The notes under the pieces: generated by a model
The model's database searches: none
Seen by the model: the letters and a program-made list of their open reading frames with translations, nothing else
Told to the model about the DNA's origin: nothing
DNA from: an uncultured Verrucomicrobiaceae bacterium
GTDB lineage: Bacteria > Verrucomicrobiota > Verrucomicrobiia > Verrucomicrobiales > Verrucomicrobiaceae
Direction of reading: 5' to 3'
Length of the DNA: 64,000 nt
Assembly (NCBI GenBank): GCA_964538625.1
Contig: CAZIGH010000026.1
Location: 4,902-68,901 of the forward strand
Translations under genes and position numbers: made by a program
Shown here: positions 18,741 to 28,694 of the stretch, piece by piece
Numbering within the stretch: position 1 is the stretch's first letter
How the letters are laid out: every line of letters begins with the position of its first letter

Positions 18741-21560
18741 ATGAAAGTCCAGTACAGCTCTCGTTATCTTTTCGCGTTCCTGCTCATGCTTGGCCTACCG
18801 CTTCATGCGGAAAGCGTGGTCGCCAATCAACGCATTCTGCCGCCAGGCAACCACACTGGGGAGTTTCTTGGTGATGGTGGCCAAGTCATTCCAGCCGCCA
18901 GCGGACGCCTCATTGTTGGCTCGCCCAAGGCTAGCCGCACCCCTGGTGGTTTGGACACTGGAGGCGTTTACGTCTTTGATGCCGCCACGCACCGGCTAGT
19001 GCGCACCATTTTCCCGGAAGATGGTGTGGCGGGCGGTAGCTTTGGATGGTCCGTGGCGGTTAGCGGTAATGTGATGGTGGTGGGTTCGCCCTCATGGGGT
19101 ACGCAGTTGGCACCCGAGCGGGGAGCTGTGTATCTTTACAACGTCAGCACTGGTGCCCTGCTTCGGAAGATTGAACCTGCCGATGTGAATCTGGGAGATC
19201 GGTGGGGCTGGGCGGTAGCCATAGAGGGAGACACGGTCATCTATTCGGCGCGGGATCACGATGGCACTTTGATGGGCTCGAACATGGGCAAAGTGGAGTC
19301 CTTCAGCATCAAGAACAACGCCCCCCACTTCGCCATTCAGGGTGTGCCTCTGTACGGTGGACGACCGCCTCTGCACACGCTTGGCGCATCCTTAGCGCTC
19401 CAACGTGGCCTGGCGGTTGCCGGCGCACCCGGCTCCACTTCTGGAGATGGCGCAGTGCTCATTTTTGATGCGGTTACTGGCGAGGTCGTTCACACGCTTA
19501 TGGATCCAAAGGGTGCGGGAAAAGCTGGAGGCTTCGGCTACAGTCTTGGCATGGATGATGACCTGCTGGTGGTGGGTGCACCGTTTCATACCATCATGTT
19601 CATGGGACTGCAGCCGAATGCTGGCAGCGCCTACCTGTTTGACACCCGCAACATCGTCTCTCCCCTAGCATTCTTGGGTTCGGTGGATGGCGGGGCAAAT
19701 CAAATCCTCGGCACTGCCGTGGCCACGCGAAATGGGGTCACCGCCATCGGCATTCCGGGGACGGACTACACGCCACCAGGACCGGGCCTCGGGGGACCCG
19801 TCATCGACTACGGGAGTGTGATGGTGATGGATCACCGAATGAGGGAGATAGACCGGCTAAGCCTGCCGACCTTGGGGGCTGGAGCGCGGTATGGCACGAC
19901 CCTCAGTCTCGGGGAAGCTGGCCACGTCCTCGTCGGTGTCCCCGGTGACGATGCCGCCGGTGCGGACAGTGGCAGCATTTGGAAGGCAGGACCCTACAGG
20001 CATGATGCGTCGGGAATCTATCAGATCATGGCCATGACTCGGCGAAGCGCTCTGCAAAACTCCGCTGCGGTGTATGCGGATTTTGGCGAGGTGACTGCCT
20101 CAGGGCTGGTGAGTTACACTGCCACACTGGCGGGTGCAGGCAGTTCTGGCGGGAGGAACCGGGGCCTGTGGAGCACGCTGCAAAGCGGACTTGCGCCCGC
20201 GCTGGTGGCGCAGACCAATGTGCCAGCGGCGCTGGGTATGCCAGCGCATACCACGTTCCTGACCGCACGCCAGATTTTCCGCCCGATATGCAATAGCGGG
20301 CTAGAGATGTATTTTCGGGCAACCGAAGCGGGCGGCATCACTGCGCTCTACTATTACGATGGTTATCAGACTCTGGGATTGAGTAAGGTTTTTGATAACT
20401 CTGCCACCACCTATGCTGCGTTTGGCAATGCAGCCATCCTCTCCTTTGGAGAGACTTACGTGCCATTCTCTGGCACGTTGGCCACTGCCAATCTTCTCAA
20501 ACTGCGCACGGGTACCGGCACTGCGCCTGTGACGGCGGCCAGTGATTCGGCTGTCAGCGTCCAGCCCGCCATTTACTTCCGCGAGGGGATAGATAACGCT
20601 CCGGCGCCGGCCACCGGAAAATACGGGGAGCTGGCGCCCAGCCTTGCCTATGCTAACGCCGCAGCGTTCTATTACCGGGGCTTCCTCCAAGGGCCACCGG
20701 CCAGCGCGGGTGTCTTCTTGAATCACAACGTCACGCTGGCTCTGAGAGACGCTGCCGCACCTGATGCCACTGGCTCTGCTCCGCCGGGTTCACCGCAGTT
20801 CTCCTCCTTTTTGGGAGTATCCGGCGTGCATGACACAGGCCGCACGTATGTCTTGCGTAGCACACTCAAACTAGACGTTACGAAGGGCGTCACTGGTGCC
20901 AATAACGAAGGGCTCTACTACGAGGTCAATACCACCGGACTCAAGCTCTTCGCTCGCAGGGGAGACATCATTCCCGGAACTTCACTGATATGGAATCGTT
21001 TTTTGGACTACGGCATTACTAGTCAGGGCCACATCCTCGTGCTGGCGGCGCTCCGGGGACCCGGAGTCAATGCTTCCAACGATACGGCGCTCATTCATCA
21101 CATCCCACGTTCTCCATTGCCGGACGCTACCATCGTACTGGTGAGAGAGGGAGACATCCTGCCGGGAGGAGAGGGCGCACGGGTGTCTGGCATCAGCAGA
21201 GTTGACATGGCCTTTACCTCCACTGCGTCTTGCTACGGCGCACTTGTGGCGCTCAGAAACGAAGTCGGTGGAGCTACGCCGACCAACAACCTGGCCTGGC
21301 TCTGTGGCAACGTTCATCACAACAACGCGAATGCTCCATCGTATTATTTGCCGCGAGTGGCTTTTCGCAAGGGTTCAACCGTTTCCCAACTGGCAGGCCG
21401 AAACCTCATCACCAGCATTAGCGCCCACGGGATGTTCCGGGATGCAACAGGTGCGGGTAACAGCGGCCTGCAACATGCGGTTTCCGACAGCACGGGCCAG
21501 CCCTCCAGCGTGATGGTGGTGACTCTCCCGGACCGCAGCAGGGCATTGATAAGACGGTAA
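18741..21560 (+). CDS. Large secreted protein, N-terminal FG-GAP/integrin-alpha-like beta-propeller repeats
   Basis: Signal peptide. Repeated blades of the type VGSP....GGVYVFD, VVGSPSWG...GAVYLYN, VAGAPGS..DGAVLIFD, VVGAPFH...GSAYLFD, VGVPGDDAAGADSGSIW. The C-terminal ~500 aa is unassigned. Confidence 0.6.
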   Translation: MKVQYSSRYLFAFLLMLGLPLHAESVVANQRILPPGNHTGEFLGDGGQVIPAASGRLIVGSPKASRTPGGLDTGGVYVFDAATHRLVRTIFPEDGVAGGSFGWSVAVSGNVMVVGSPSWGTQLAPERGAVYLYNVSTGALLRKIEPADVNLGDRWGWAVAIEGDTVIYSARDHDGTLMGSNMGKVESFSIKNNAPHFAIQGVPLYGGRPPLHTLGASLALQRGLAVAGAPGSTSGDGAVLIFDAVTGEVVHTLMDPKGAGKAGGFGYSLGMDDDLLVVGAPFHTIMFMGLQPNAGSAYLFDTRNIVSPLAFLGSVDGGANQILGTAVATRNGVTAIGIPGTDYTPPGPGLGGPVIDYGSVMVMDHRMREIDRLSLPTLGAGARYGTTLSLGEAGHVLVGVPGDDAAGADSGSIWKAGPYRHDASGIYQIMAMTRRSALQNSAAVYADFGEVTASGLVSYTATLAGAGSSGGRNRGLWSTLQSGLAPALVAQTNVPAALGMPAHTTFLTARQIFRPICNSGLEMYFRATEAGGITALYYYDGYQTLGLSKVFDNSATTYAAFGNAAILSFGETYVPFSGTLATANLLKLRTGTGTAPVTAASDSAVSVQPAIYFREGIDNAPAPATGKYGELAPSLAYANAAAFYYRGFLQGPPASAGVFLNHNVTLALRDAAAPDATGSAPPGSPQFSSFLGVSGVHDTGRTYVLRSTLKLDVTKGVTGANNEGLYYEVNTTGLKLFARRGDIIPGTSLIWNRFLDYGITSQGHILVLAALRGPGVNASNDTALIHHIPRSPLPDATIVLVREGDILPGGEGARVSGISRVDMAFTSTASCYGALVALRNEVGGATPTNNLAWLCGNVHHNNANAPSYYLPRVAFRKGSTVSQLAGRNLITSISAHGMFRDATGAGNSGLQHAVSDSTGQPSSVMVVTLPDRSRALIRR

Positions 21561-21651
21561 CGCAAACACGGGGGCTTGGGTACCATTCCAAGCGGGCTAG
21601 TAGCCCTTCCCTTCCATGGCACCCGAGCGCGGTGTCTCCAGCGCAACGCAC

Positions 21652-23187
21652 TCAGTAGCTCTTCGCAAAGACGACCCGGCGGCTGCTTGGCTTGCCGGTG
21701 AGGAAGCAGGTTCCTTCTTCGGCATACTCGTCTCCAAGCGGGATGCAGCGGATAGTGGTCTTGTATTCCTTGCTGAGCTTGTCCTCGTCGTCAGCGCTTC
21801 CCGCCCAGTGCATGAGGGCGAAACCGCCGTGGATCTCTGGCTTGTCTTCGTTTTTCGGAGTGAAGAAGGCTTTGAACTCTTCGAGTGTTTCGAGCTTCTT
21901 CGTGTGCTCTTTCTGGTAGGCGGTGGCTCGATTGAGCAGGGACTGCTGAATATCAGCGAGCAAGGCGGAGATGTCCCGGAGCAGATCTTCTTTCTGCATG
22001 AGTTCCTTGGACTTCGCGCCTTGATCCCGACGGGCCACCATGACGCTGCGGTTTTCGATGTCACGCGGCCCGAGTTCAATGCGCACGGGCACGCCTTTTT
22101 TGATCCACTCCCAGGAACGCTGTCCGCCGGGTAGGTCGCGCTTGTCCACATGGACGCGGATGGGTTCGCCGGCGAAGGTTTCTCCGCGCAGGGTCTGAGC
22201 GAGCGCCTCGCAGGAGTCGATGACTGCTTGGCGGGTGTCAGGCTTTGGTGTGACGGGTTGAATCACCACTTGGTGTGGGGCTACACGTGGCGGGAGGATG
22301 ATGCCGTCGTCATCGCCATGGGCCATGATGAGGGTGCCGATAGTGCGTGTGCTGACTCCCCAGGATGTGGTCCAGGCGTGCTGCTTTTTGTTGTCGCGTC
22401 CGAGGAACTCGATGTTCGCCGCTTTGGCGAAGTTCTGTCCAAGGAAGTGGGAGGTACCGGCCTGGATGGCCTTGCGGTCCTGCACCATGGCTTCGACAGT
22501 GAAGGTGTTCAGCGCGCCGGGAAAACGCTCGCGTTCGGTCTTTTCGCCAGGAATGCAGGGGATGGCCAGGAAGTCTCGAAGGAACTCCTCATACACCTTG
22601 TGCATGAGTTTGGTTTCCTCCATGGCCTCTTCCTTGGTCTCATGCGCGGTGTGGCCTTCCTGCCAGAGGAATTCTGCTGTGCGGAGGAAGAGACGCGGAC
22701 GCATTTCCCAGCGCATGACGTTGGCCCATTGGTTGATGAGCAGTGGCAGGTCACGGTAGCTCTGTGTCCAGCGGGCGAAGGCGGCACCGATGATGGTTTC
22801 GGAAGTGGGGCGGATGACGAAGGGCTCCGTCAGCTCGCCGGTGGGGATCATTTTGGTCGTTCCATCTGGCTGCTTCTGTGCTTCGAGGCGGTGATGGGTG
22901 ACTACGGCGCACTCGGTGGCGAAACCCTCAGCGTGCTGTGCTTCCTTTTCCAGGTAGCTCAGCGGGATGAGCAGGGGAAAGTAGGCGTTGCTGTGGCCGG
23001 TGGCCTTGAACCGCCCGTCGAGATAGCGCTGGATGTTCTCCCACAGGCCGTAGCCCCAGGGCTTGATGACCATGCAGCCTCGCACTTCGGAGTTCTCGGC
23101 GAGATCGGCGGCGCGCACGACCTGCTGATACCACTCGGGAAAGTCTTCGTCGCGGCGGGGGGAGATGGCGGTTTTATCCTGGCTCAT
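21652..23187 (-). CDS. proS: Proline--tRNA ligase (archaeal/eukaryote-like type)
   Basis: FPEWYQQVVRAADLAENSEVRGCMVIKPWGYGLWENIQ...; class II motifs; C-terminal ...FAKSY. The start is at ATG 23187 (MSQDKTAI). Confidence 0.93.
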   Translation of the reverse strand: MSQDKTAISPRRDEDFPEWYQQVVRAADLAENSEVRGCMVIKPWGYGLWENIQRYLDGRFKATGHSNAYFPLLIPLSYLEKEAQHAEGFATECAVVTHHRLEAQKQPDGTTKMIPTGELTEPFVIRPTSETIIGAAFARWTQSYRDLPLLINQWANVMRWEMRPRLFLRTAEFLWQEGHTAHETKEEAMEETKLMHKVYEEFLRDFLAIPCIPGEKTERERFPGALNTFTVEAMVQDRKAIQAGTSHFLGQNFAKAANIEFLGRDNKKQHAWTTSWGVSTRTIGTLIMAHGDDDGIILPPRVAPHQVVIQPVTPKPDTRQAVIDSCEALAQTLRGETFAGEPIRVHVDKRDLPGGQRSWEWIKKGVPVRIELGPRDIENRSVMVARRDQGAKSKELMQKEDLLRDISALLADIQQSLLNRATAYQKEHTKKLETLEEFKAFFTPKNEDKPEIHGGFALMHWAGSADDEDKLSKEYKTTIRCIPLGDEYAEEGTCFLTGKPSSRRVVFAKSY

Positions 23188-23270
23188 GGTTGGAAACTGG
23201 GGCCGAGAGAGTAGCGGCACTGGCAGGGGCGCGCAACTGCCGCCGTCATTTCATCAATCCGCCGCCGAGG

Positions 23271-23690
23271 TTATTGGCTGGGTTGACTCTGGGCTTTCGT
23301 GGACCGCAGAAGCGTGAGGCCAATGGCGAAACAGCCCGCTGTCATGGTGGCGATCCACCACCAGGGCAGCGGGCACTGCATGCCTGAGGAGAACAGCACC
23401 AGTGAGGACAGAAGAAGAATCCATCCGGTGAGGCGCACGAGTGGCTGATAGCTGCCAACCCTGTTAGAGATGGCCCACAGCAGAACGGCCAGTGCCACGG
23501 AGACGGCGGCGGCGTCTGCTGTCATGAAGATGGAAAGGGGGTCCAGCCGGGGCTGTCCGTAGCCCATCAGCCAGGAGAACTTCTCCAGCGCTTGACCGGG
23601 AAGGATGATTCCGGGAATGCCAGTGAAAAGGACCAGGGCTATGCTGCGGAGTGCGCGCTGCTGGACGACGTGGTGAGGAGTGGAGGTCAT
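23271..23690 (-). CDS. Hypothetical 4-TM membrane protein
   Basis: Hydrophobic ORF directly downstream (14 nt) of the Ser/Thr kinase gene. No recognisable motif. Confidence 0.45.
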   Translation of the reverse strand: MTSTPHHVVQQRALRSIALVLFTGIPGIILPGQALEKFSWLMGYGQPRLDPLSIFMTADAAAVSVALAVLLWAISNRVGSYQPLVRLTGWILLLSSLVLFSSGMQCPLPWWWIATMTAGCFAIGLTLLRSTKAQSQPSQ

Positions 23691-23704
23691 ACGATACGGC
23701 GGGG

Positions 23705-24952
23705 TTAGTTTGTTTTGTTGGTTCTGCGCACGGGGTTGGAGAGCCTTTGAAACAGCAGCACGATGACCAACAGAATGGCGAGGAAGGTCCAGGTGCCGTA
23801 TTCGCGGTAGAGGTTGGCACGTTTCAGGTATTCAAACACGGCCCACACGGCACCGCAGAGGCCGAGGAAAAAGGGTATGGCCCAAGGGTTGGCGAAGTTG
23901 ATCGTCCAGCCGAGTCCTGCTACTCGTTTTGGCACGGCGATGCGTGGATCCTCTTTGCAGTAGTAGATGAAGTAGAGATACCAGTTGGCCGGATCCTTAC
24001 TGTAAACGGACAGATCCACGGTCTCTGCGGTTTCCATGACGGGAAGCAACTGGCTGCGAAGTTCCGCTGCCGTGTCAAAGCGCAGCTCCGGGGTCTTCTC
24101 CAGTGCGCGCAGTACGATTTCGTCGATGCGGATGTCCACCTGTACGCGCCTGGAGGGTGCCTCGAGTTTGTCATTTGGCCGTTCGCCGGTGAGCATTTCG
24201 TAAAGCACCACACCGAGGCTGTAGATGTCTGCGCGGTGGTCAGCACTGCCATGGAACTGCTCGGGCGCGGCGTAGTCTGGCGTGCCTAGAGCGGCAAGGG
24301 TTTCCTGAGAAGCGTCCTCGCCGATGATCTTGGCTATTCCGAAGTCCGCGATCTTCACCACGCCTGCTTTGTCGATGAGCAGGTTCTCTGGCTTGATGTC
24401 TCGGTGAACGATGCCGTGGTCATGCGCACATTGCAGCGCGTCACACACGGGTGGGACGATGCTCAGCGCCTCTTTCGGCGTGAGGCGTTTTGTTTGCAGG
24501 AGCTGGCGCAGGTTCACGCCATCCACATACTCCATGAGCAGGTAGTAGAAGCCGCCGGCGCTGCCGAAGTCATGCACGGCCACGATATGCGGATGATTGA
24601 GCGCCGCGAGCGCCTGCGCCTCTTTTTCAAATCGCAGCGCAAAGGCGGGGTCATCTGCTCGCTCGGGCGCGAGGAGCTTCAGTGCGACGAGACGGTTTAG
24701 TGACTTCTGACGCGCTTTGTAAACTACGCCCATGCCGCCACGCCCGAGACACTCCAAAACATCCAGCTGCGGGAAATACGGGGCCAGCTCCTGGGGGGTG
24801 AGTGGAGGTGCGGCATGGAGAGAGGCTCCGGCCTGCGTGGGCTCGATGATCTGGGCCATCAGGCAACGCGGGCACTGGGAGGGCGCTACACCGGCAGGTA
24901 GCACCGCTGCGCAATAGGGGCATGATGACGTGGCTGAAGAAGATGTGCTCAT
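23705..24952 (-). CDS. Ser/Thr protein kinase with N-terminal CxxC..CxxC ribbon and C-terminal membrane region
   Basis: GRGGMGVVYKA, HRDIKPENLL, DFGIAK, GTPDYAAPE. N-terminal CPYC...CPRC. C-terminal TM helices. The start is at ATG 24952 (MSTSSSAT). Confidence 0.85.
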   Translation of the reverse strand: MSTSSSATSSCPYCAAVLPAGVAPSQCPRCLMAQIIEPTQAGASLHAAPPLTPQELAPYFPQLDVLECLGRGGMGVVYKARQKSLNRLVALKLLAPERADDPAFALRFEKEAQALAALNHPHIVAVHDFGSAGGFYYLLMEYVDGVNLRQLLQTKRLTPKEALSIVPPVCDALQCAHDHGIVHRDIKPENLLIDKAGVVKIADFGIAKIIGEDASQETLAALGTPDYAAPEQFHGSADHRADIYSLGVVLYEMLTGERPNDKLEAPSRRVQVDIRIDEIVLRALEKTPELRFDTAAELRSQLLPVMETAETVDLSVYSKDPANWYLYFIYYCKEDPRIAVPKRVAGLGWTINFANPWAIPFFLGLCGAVWAVFEYLKRANLYREYGTWTFLAILLVIVLLFQRLSNPVRRTNKTN

Positions 24953-24998
24953 GCTTGTGTTCTGACGTGATTTCTCGACAAACCGAACCCACTTTTTT

Positions 24999-25715
24999 TC
25001 AACGACCCAGGGCGGCGAAGAGTGCCTCCATCTCCTCCTGCACGCCAGCGGGGTCATCCAGCGTTCCTTGCACCTCTGCCTTCACATTCTCCCGCAGACG
25101 TTTCTTCAGCCGAGTGACGGCCATGCGCAAAGCGTCTGGACTCATTCCCCAGGCTTGGGCTATGGCGGACTGCTCACCGTGGTTTGCCTGCCCATTCAGT
25201 ATGGGGCACACCGCGTCAAAGAAGGCTCCCCGCCCTTCTGCTGCACACTCTGTCCGCAGCGCCTCCATGCTGCGGGTGATGACGGTCATGGCCCACTGCC
25301 GGTCAAACTCTGCGTCGGGTGCGGGTTGCTGGGCATCCGCCACGTGTAGTGCTTCATCGTCATCCAGCGGCAGAGACGCCAAGCTTGAGCCGCGCTTCAG
25401 CCTTCCAGCGGACTCCCGCTGTCTGAAGAGAAAGTGCTTCACCGCACCGAGAAGGTAGGAGCGGAACTTCCCGCGCTCACGCTCCGCTCCGGTGATCCTG
25501 CTGCCGGACAGTACCTCGGCGAAGAATGCGTGGCTCACGTCCCGCGCTGCATCGGCATCCCGGAGGGCGGTGCGCAGATAAGCCACCACGGGTTCATAGT
25601 AGGCATCGCACAAGTCTGCCAGCGCGCGGCGTCCTTCTTCGGAGTCTGCCTTGGCCGCGCACACACACGTCCATCTTGTGGTATGGAAGGAGCGGGAGCT
25701 TGGTGGAGTCGTCAT
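24999..25715 (-). CDS. ECF-type RNA polymerase sigma factor
   Basis: The region 2/4 pattern HTTRWTCV...ALADLCDAYYEPVVAYLR...EQSAIAQAWGMSPDALRMAVTRLKKRL is typical of the PVC ECF sigma group found next to Ser/Thr kinases. The start is at ATG 25715. Confidence 0.8.
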   Translation of the reverse strand: MTTPPSSRSFHTTRWTCVCAAKADSEEGRRALADLCDAYYEPVVAYLRTALRDADAARDVSHAFFAEVLSGSRITGAERERGKFRSYLLGAVKHFLFRQRESAGRLKRGSSLASLPLDDDEALHVADAQQPAPDAEFDRQWAMTVITRSMEALRTECAAEGRGAFFDAVCPILNGQANHGEQSAIAQAWGMSPDALRMAVTRLKKRLRENVKAEVQGTLDDPAGVQEEMEALFAALGR

Positions 25716-25773
25716 GCTGTGGGCGGGGATAATGCCACAAGTGCATGACGTTTTGAAAACCAAAGCGAACCGG

Positions 25774-28563
25774 CTATTTCCACACTTTACCCTTGGGATC
25801 ACCGCTGACCTCGAACCAGGCGAGGAGGTCCAGGATTTGCTCTCGTTTCAAGGCGTTGAGCAATCCTGCGGGCATGGGTGAGATGTCGCTGATGGTGCGC
25901 TCCTGTATCATGGATTTGCCGATCTCAATGACGTCTGGTGCAAGTGGGTTGGGCTTTAATACAACGCGCTCGTCATCTTCGGAGTCGAGCAGGCCGGTGA
26001 AGGTCTGGCCGTCTTTGCGTTTGATGGTGGTGTAGCGGAACTTTTCATCGATAACCAGGGAAGGTTCCAAGATGTGCAGCAGGAGATCGCGTGTGCTGAA
26101 GCGGCTGCGCACCTGCACCAGCTCGGGGCCAAAGAGTCCTGCTGGCAGCGCTGGGTCGTTGCTGACTTTGTGGCAGAAGAAACACTGGGCGGTGACCATG
26201 GCGGACTTGGCCGTTTCGAAACTGCGGCCTGACAGGACTTGCGGAAGATGTGGCTCCAGGTCGGCCAGTTTCCATTGCTTGAAGCTGTGTCCTGGCAGCG
26301 CGGTGGGCAGGAGTGGGGTGGGCTTGAGCGGATGCACCACATCTGCGAGCGCACGGGCTTCATCTGGCTTCAGGGCGGCTGCGAGTTCGCTGCGGGTGTC
26401 GCTGATAATCTTGAAGTAGGTGGATGCGCCGTTGAGCTTTTCTGCGCGGTTCAGTGCATCAAACACGATGCGCCTCTGCTCGACAGTCCAGCCCTCTTTG
26501 AGATAACGCAGGATGAAGGGATAATACACGAGATCTTCGGATGTGGTGAGCGCGGCGAGGTGCCGGGTGGCCTGCTTGATGATGACGGGAGACTTCAGGT
26601 GGACGAGGAACTTGCACAGCTCCCGGCTGAATCGCGCATCACGGGCGGGAAAGAGGATGCCTAAGGTATTGACCAGGGCATCCGCCTGCATGGGCGTCAC
26701 GGCGTGACCGCGGGCGATGGCGATTTCCATGATGCGGAGCGCGGCGAGTTTCATGTCCACGGCATCCTCTTCCAGGAGCATCATCGCTGCCTGAAAGGCG
26801 ACACTGCGATCTGCGGCGGAGCCTGCGCGCACGGCGGCAAGCATGGCGTTGATGGCATCCCATCCTCCCTTACCGGAAAAGGCTCTACTTTCCTCCATGA
26901 CCATGCGTTTGCGCTGCAGGGCAAACCTGTCCGGCGTTGCTTGCCTGGCGCGGGGTGGCTTGGGCGCGTCTGGCTGCGGTGCTCCGATGTAGCTGATGCG
27001 GTAGAGTCCGCTCTGGGTGCCGCGCCCGCCCGTGGTGAACCAGAGTGCTCCGTCTGGGCCTATGGCTCCGTCAGTGAGATTGAGCGGGCGGCCAGTGGCA
27101 AAGGTTTCTTGCCTGCCAGTGTAGCTCTCGCCCGTCTTCTGGAGATGCACGGCGATCAACCTCCCGTACGACCAGTCGCAGATGAAGAGTGCGTCTTGAT
27201 AGGCTTTCGGGAAGGCTGCGCCGTAGCCGAAGAAGGTGGCGGTGGGTGAGGATAGGCCTATGTCCACCACGCTGGGCAGTGTGTCCACATACCAGTCTGG
27301 CCATCGACTGGTGCCGCGCCGCCATCCATAGTCAGCACCGGGCACGATGTGGAGCACGCGAGTGGGCATGTAGAAGTGGGTGCCTACGTCACGTTCCATG
27401 TCGGCGTCGAAAGTGAACAGGGCACCGTCTTGATGGAAGGCGATGTCCAGCGGGTTGCGCAGGCCGCCGGCAATGACTTGAACCTCGCTGCCATCAGGCG
27501 TGACGCGGAGTACGTGGCCGGCGGGCAGGATGACGTCTCCGTCGAACATGCTGGCATCCCATGGGTTGGGGATGAGTTGATCATCCGCATAGTGCTTGAG
27601 CGGAGAGTCTGGGGAGACGTTGGCAGGCAGATGCACATTGTTCCCATGCGCTACGTAGATGGCTCCGTCTGGCCCGAGCTTGATGTGGTTCCGCCCGTGC
27701 CCCACGCCGCCTTCAGTTCTGAGCAGCTCTTTCTTGGTCTCATAAGTGCCGTCCTTGTCAGTGTCATCAAGGCGGAAGAGGGCTTTTGTGTTGTTGGCGT
27801 TGGCAAAGAGCGAGCCGTGGGCATAAAGTAGTCCGCGACACTCCAAGAGGGAGTCTTCGATGACTTCCATTTTTTGTTCACCGCTGGCGCTGATGCTCAG
27901 TCTGAGGAGACCTTTCTTTTCCATGGCAAGCGTGATGCGCCCGCTCTCATCAAAGGCCATGGCGACCCAAGAGCCTTCCTGCGGCAGTGCCGAGCGCACG
28001 AGTTCTACCTTGAATCCCGAGGGTACGGTGATACTCGCCGCATCGGTGGCCTGGGTTTGTGCGCCGGGTTTTGCGAGCTGCCAGGAGTTGTAGGCGTCGA
28101 AGGTCTGCTTGAAATCAAAGGGCTGATCTGGCGCATCGAGATCGATGGCGCTGGCGGACTTTGCGCCGGACCATGAGGCATCGCTGACGATCCAGGATTT
28201 GCGGTTGAGGTCGCCATTGAGTTCGAGCAGGGCGGCGGCCCTGGTGCCGCCGGAGATGCGGAGCACATTCACACCGCTGCGGATGTGTTTGGTGACATCC
28301 AGTGACTGGGCGCGTTCTGAGCCATCAGCGTTGCTGACATGGTGGCCATTGAGATGAATGGTAGCACCTGAGTCGGCAGCTACAAAGAGTATGGCCATAA
28401 GCAGGGGGCCGGTGTGCTCGAAGCGCTGCTCCAGGTGCCCTGTGTGGTCATAGATGAGCCATGACGGAGAGGGTGGCCGGTTGGCGAGCTGCGCTCCGGC
28501 GAAAATAGGGAGCAGAAGGAGAACAGCGGCTGCCAGCCGGAGGTGGGTTGTGTGTGACGTCAT
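25774..28563 (-). CDS. PVC-type heme-binding CxxCH protein (membrane-bound dehydrogenase-like beta-propeller + HEAT-like repeats + cytochrome c domain)
   Basis: Heme c motif CFFCH (26171-26185). Signal peptide MTSHTTHLRLAAAVLLLLPIFAGA (start ATG 28563). Central GRNHI..GPDG / GLRNP..DIAF sorbosone-dehydrogenase-like blades. Confidence 0.75.
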   Translation of the reverse strand: MTSHTTHLRLAAAVLLLLPIFAGAQLANRPPSPSWLIYDHTGHLEQRFEHTGPLLMAILFVAADSGATIHLNGHHVSNADGSERAQSLDVTKHIRSGVNVLRISGGTRAAALLELNGDLNRKSWIVSDASWSGAKSASAIDLDAPDQPFDFKQTFDAYNSWQLAKPGAQTQATDAASITVPSGFKVELVRSALPQEGSWVAMAFDESGRITLAMEKKGLLRLSISASGEQKMEVIEDSLLECRGLLYAHGSLFANANNTKALFRLDDTDKDGTYETKKELLRTEGGVGHGRNHIKLGPDGAIYVAHGNNVHLPANVSPDSPLKHYADDQLIPNPWDASMFDGDVILPAGHVLRVTPDGSEVQVIAGGLRNPLDIAFHQDGALFTFDADMERDVGTHFYMPTRVLHIVPGADYGWRRGTSRWPDWYVDTLPSVVDIGLSSPTATFFGYGAAFPKAYQDALFICDWSYGRLIAVHLQKTGESYTGRQETFATGRPLNLTDGAIGPDGALWFTTGGRGTQSGLYRISYIGAPQPDAPKPPRARQATPDRFALQRKRMVMEESRAFSGKGGWDAINAMLAAVRAGSAADRSVAFQAAMMLLEEDAVDMKLAALRIMEIAIARGHAVTPMQADALVNTLGILFPARDARFSRELCKFLVHLKSPVIIKQATRHLAALTTSEDLVYYPFILRYLKEGWTVEQRRIVFDALNRAEKLNGASTYFKIISDTRSELAAALKPDEARALADVVHPLKPTPLLPTALPGHSFKQWKLADLEPHLPQVLSGRSFETAKSAMVTAQCFFCHKVSNDPALPAGLFGPELVQVRSRFSTRDLLLHILEPSLVIDEKFRYTTIKRKDGQTFTGLLDSEDDERVVLKPNPLAPDVIEIGKSMIQERTISDISPMPAGLLNALKREQILDLLAWFEVSGDPKGKVWK

Positions 28564-28694
28564 GGCGGAGAGAAAGGCTTGCTGAAGATACTGCCGGGCA
28601 GGAGGACTGTCTTTCACTGCGTTGGCGTGCCGCTGGTGGACGGGCGTGCTGAGGCTTGCACGGCTGGCTGTTGTCGCCAGCATGTTTGGGCATT

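Noticed and set aside
21561-21651. Bidirectional terminator between the FG-GAP gene and proS
   Set aside because: Only 5-6-bp stems are present (CTTGG/CCAAG and GGGCTA/TAGCCC with a 1-nt loop), and no U-tract follows. That is too weak to call.
22150-23214. 354-aa plus-strand ORF
   Set aside because: It lies entirely antisense to proS, which has unambiguous class II synthetase motifs.
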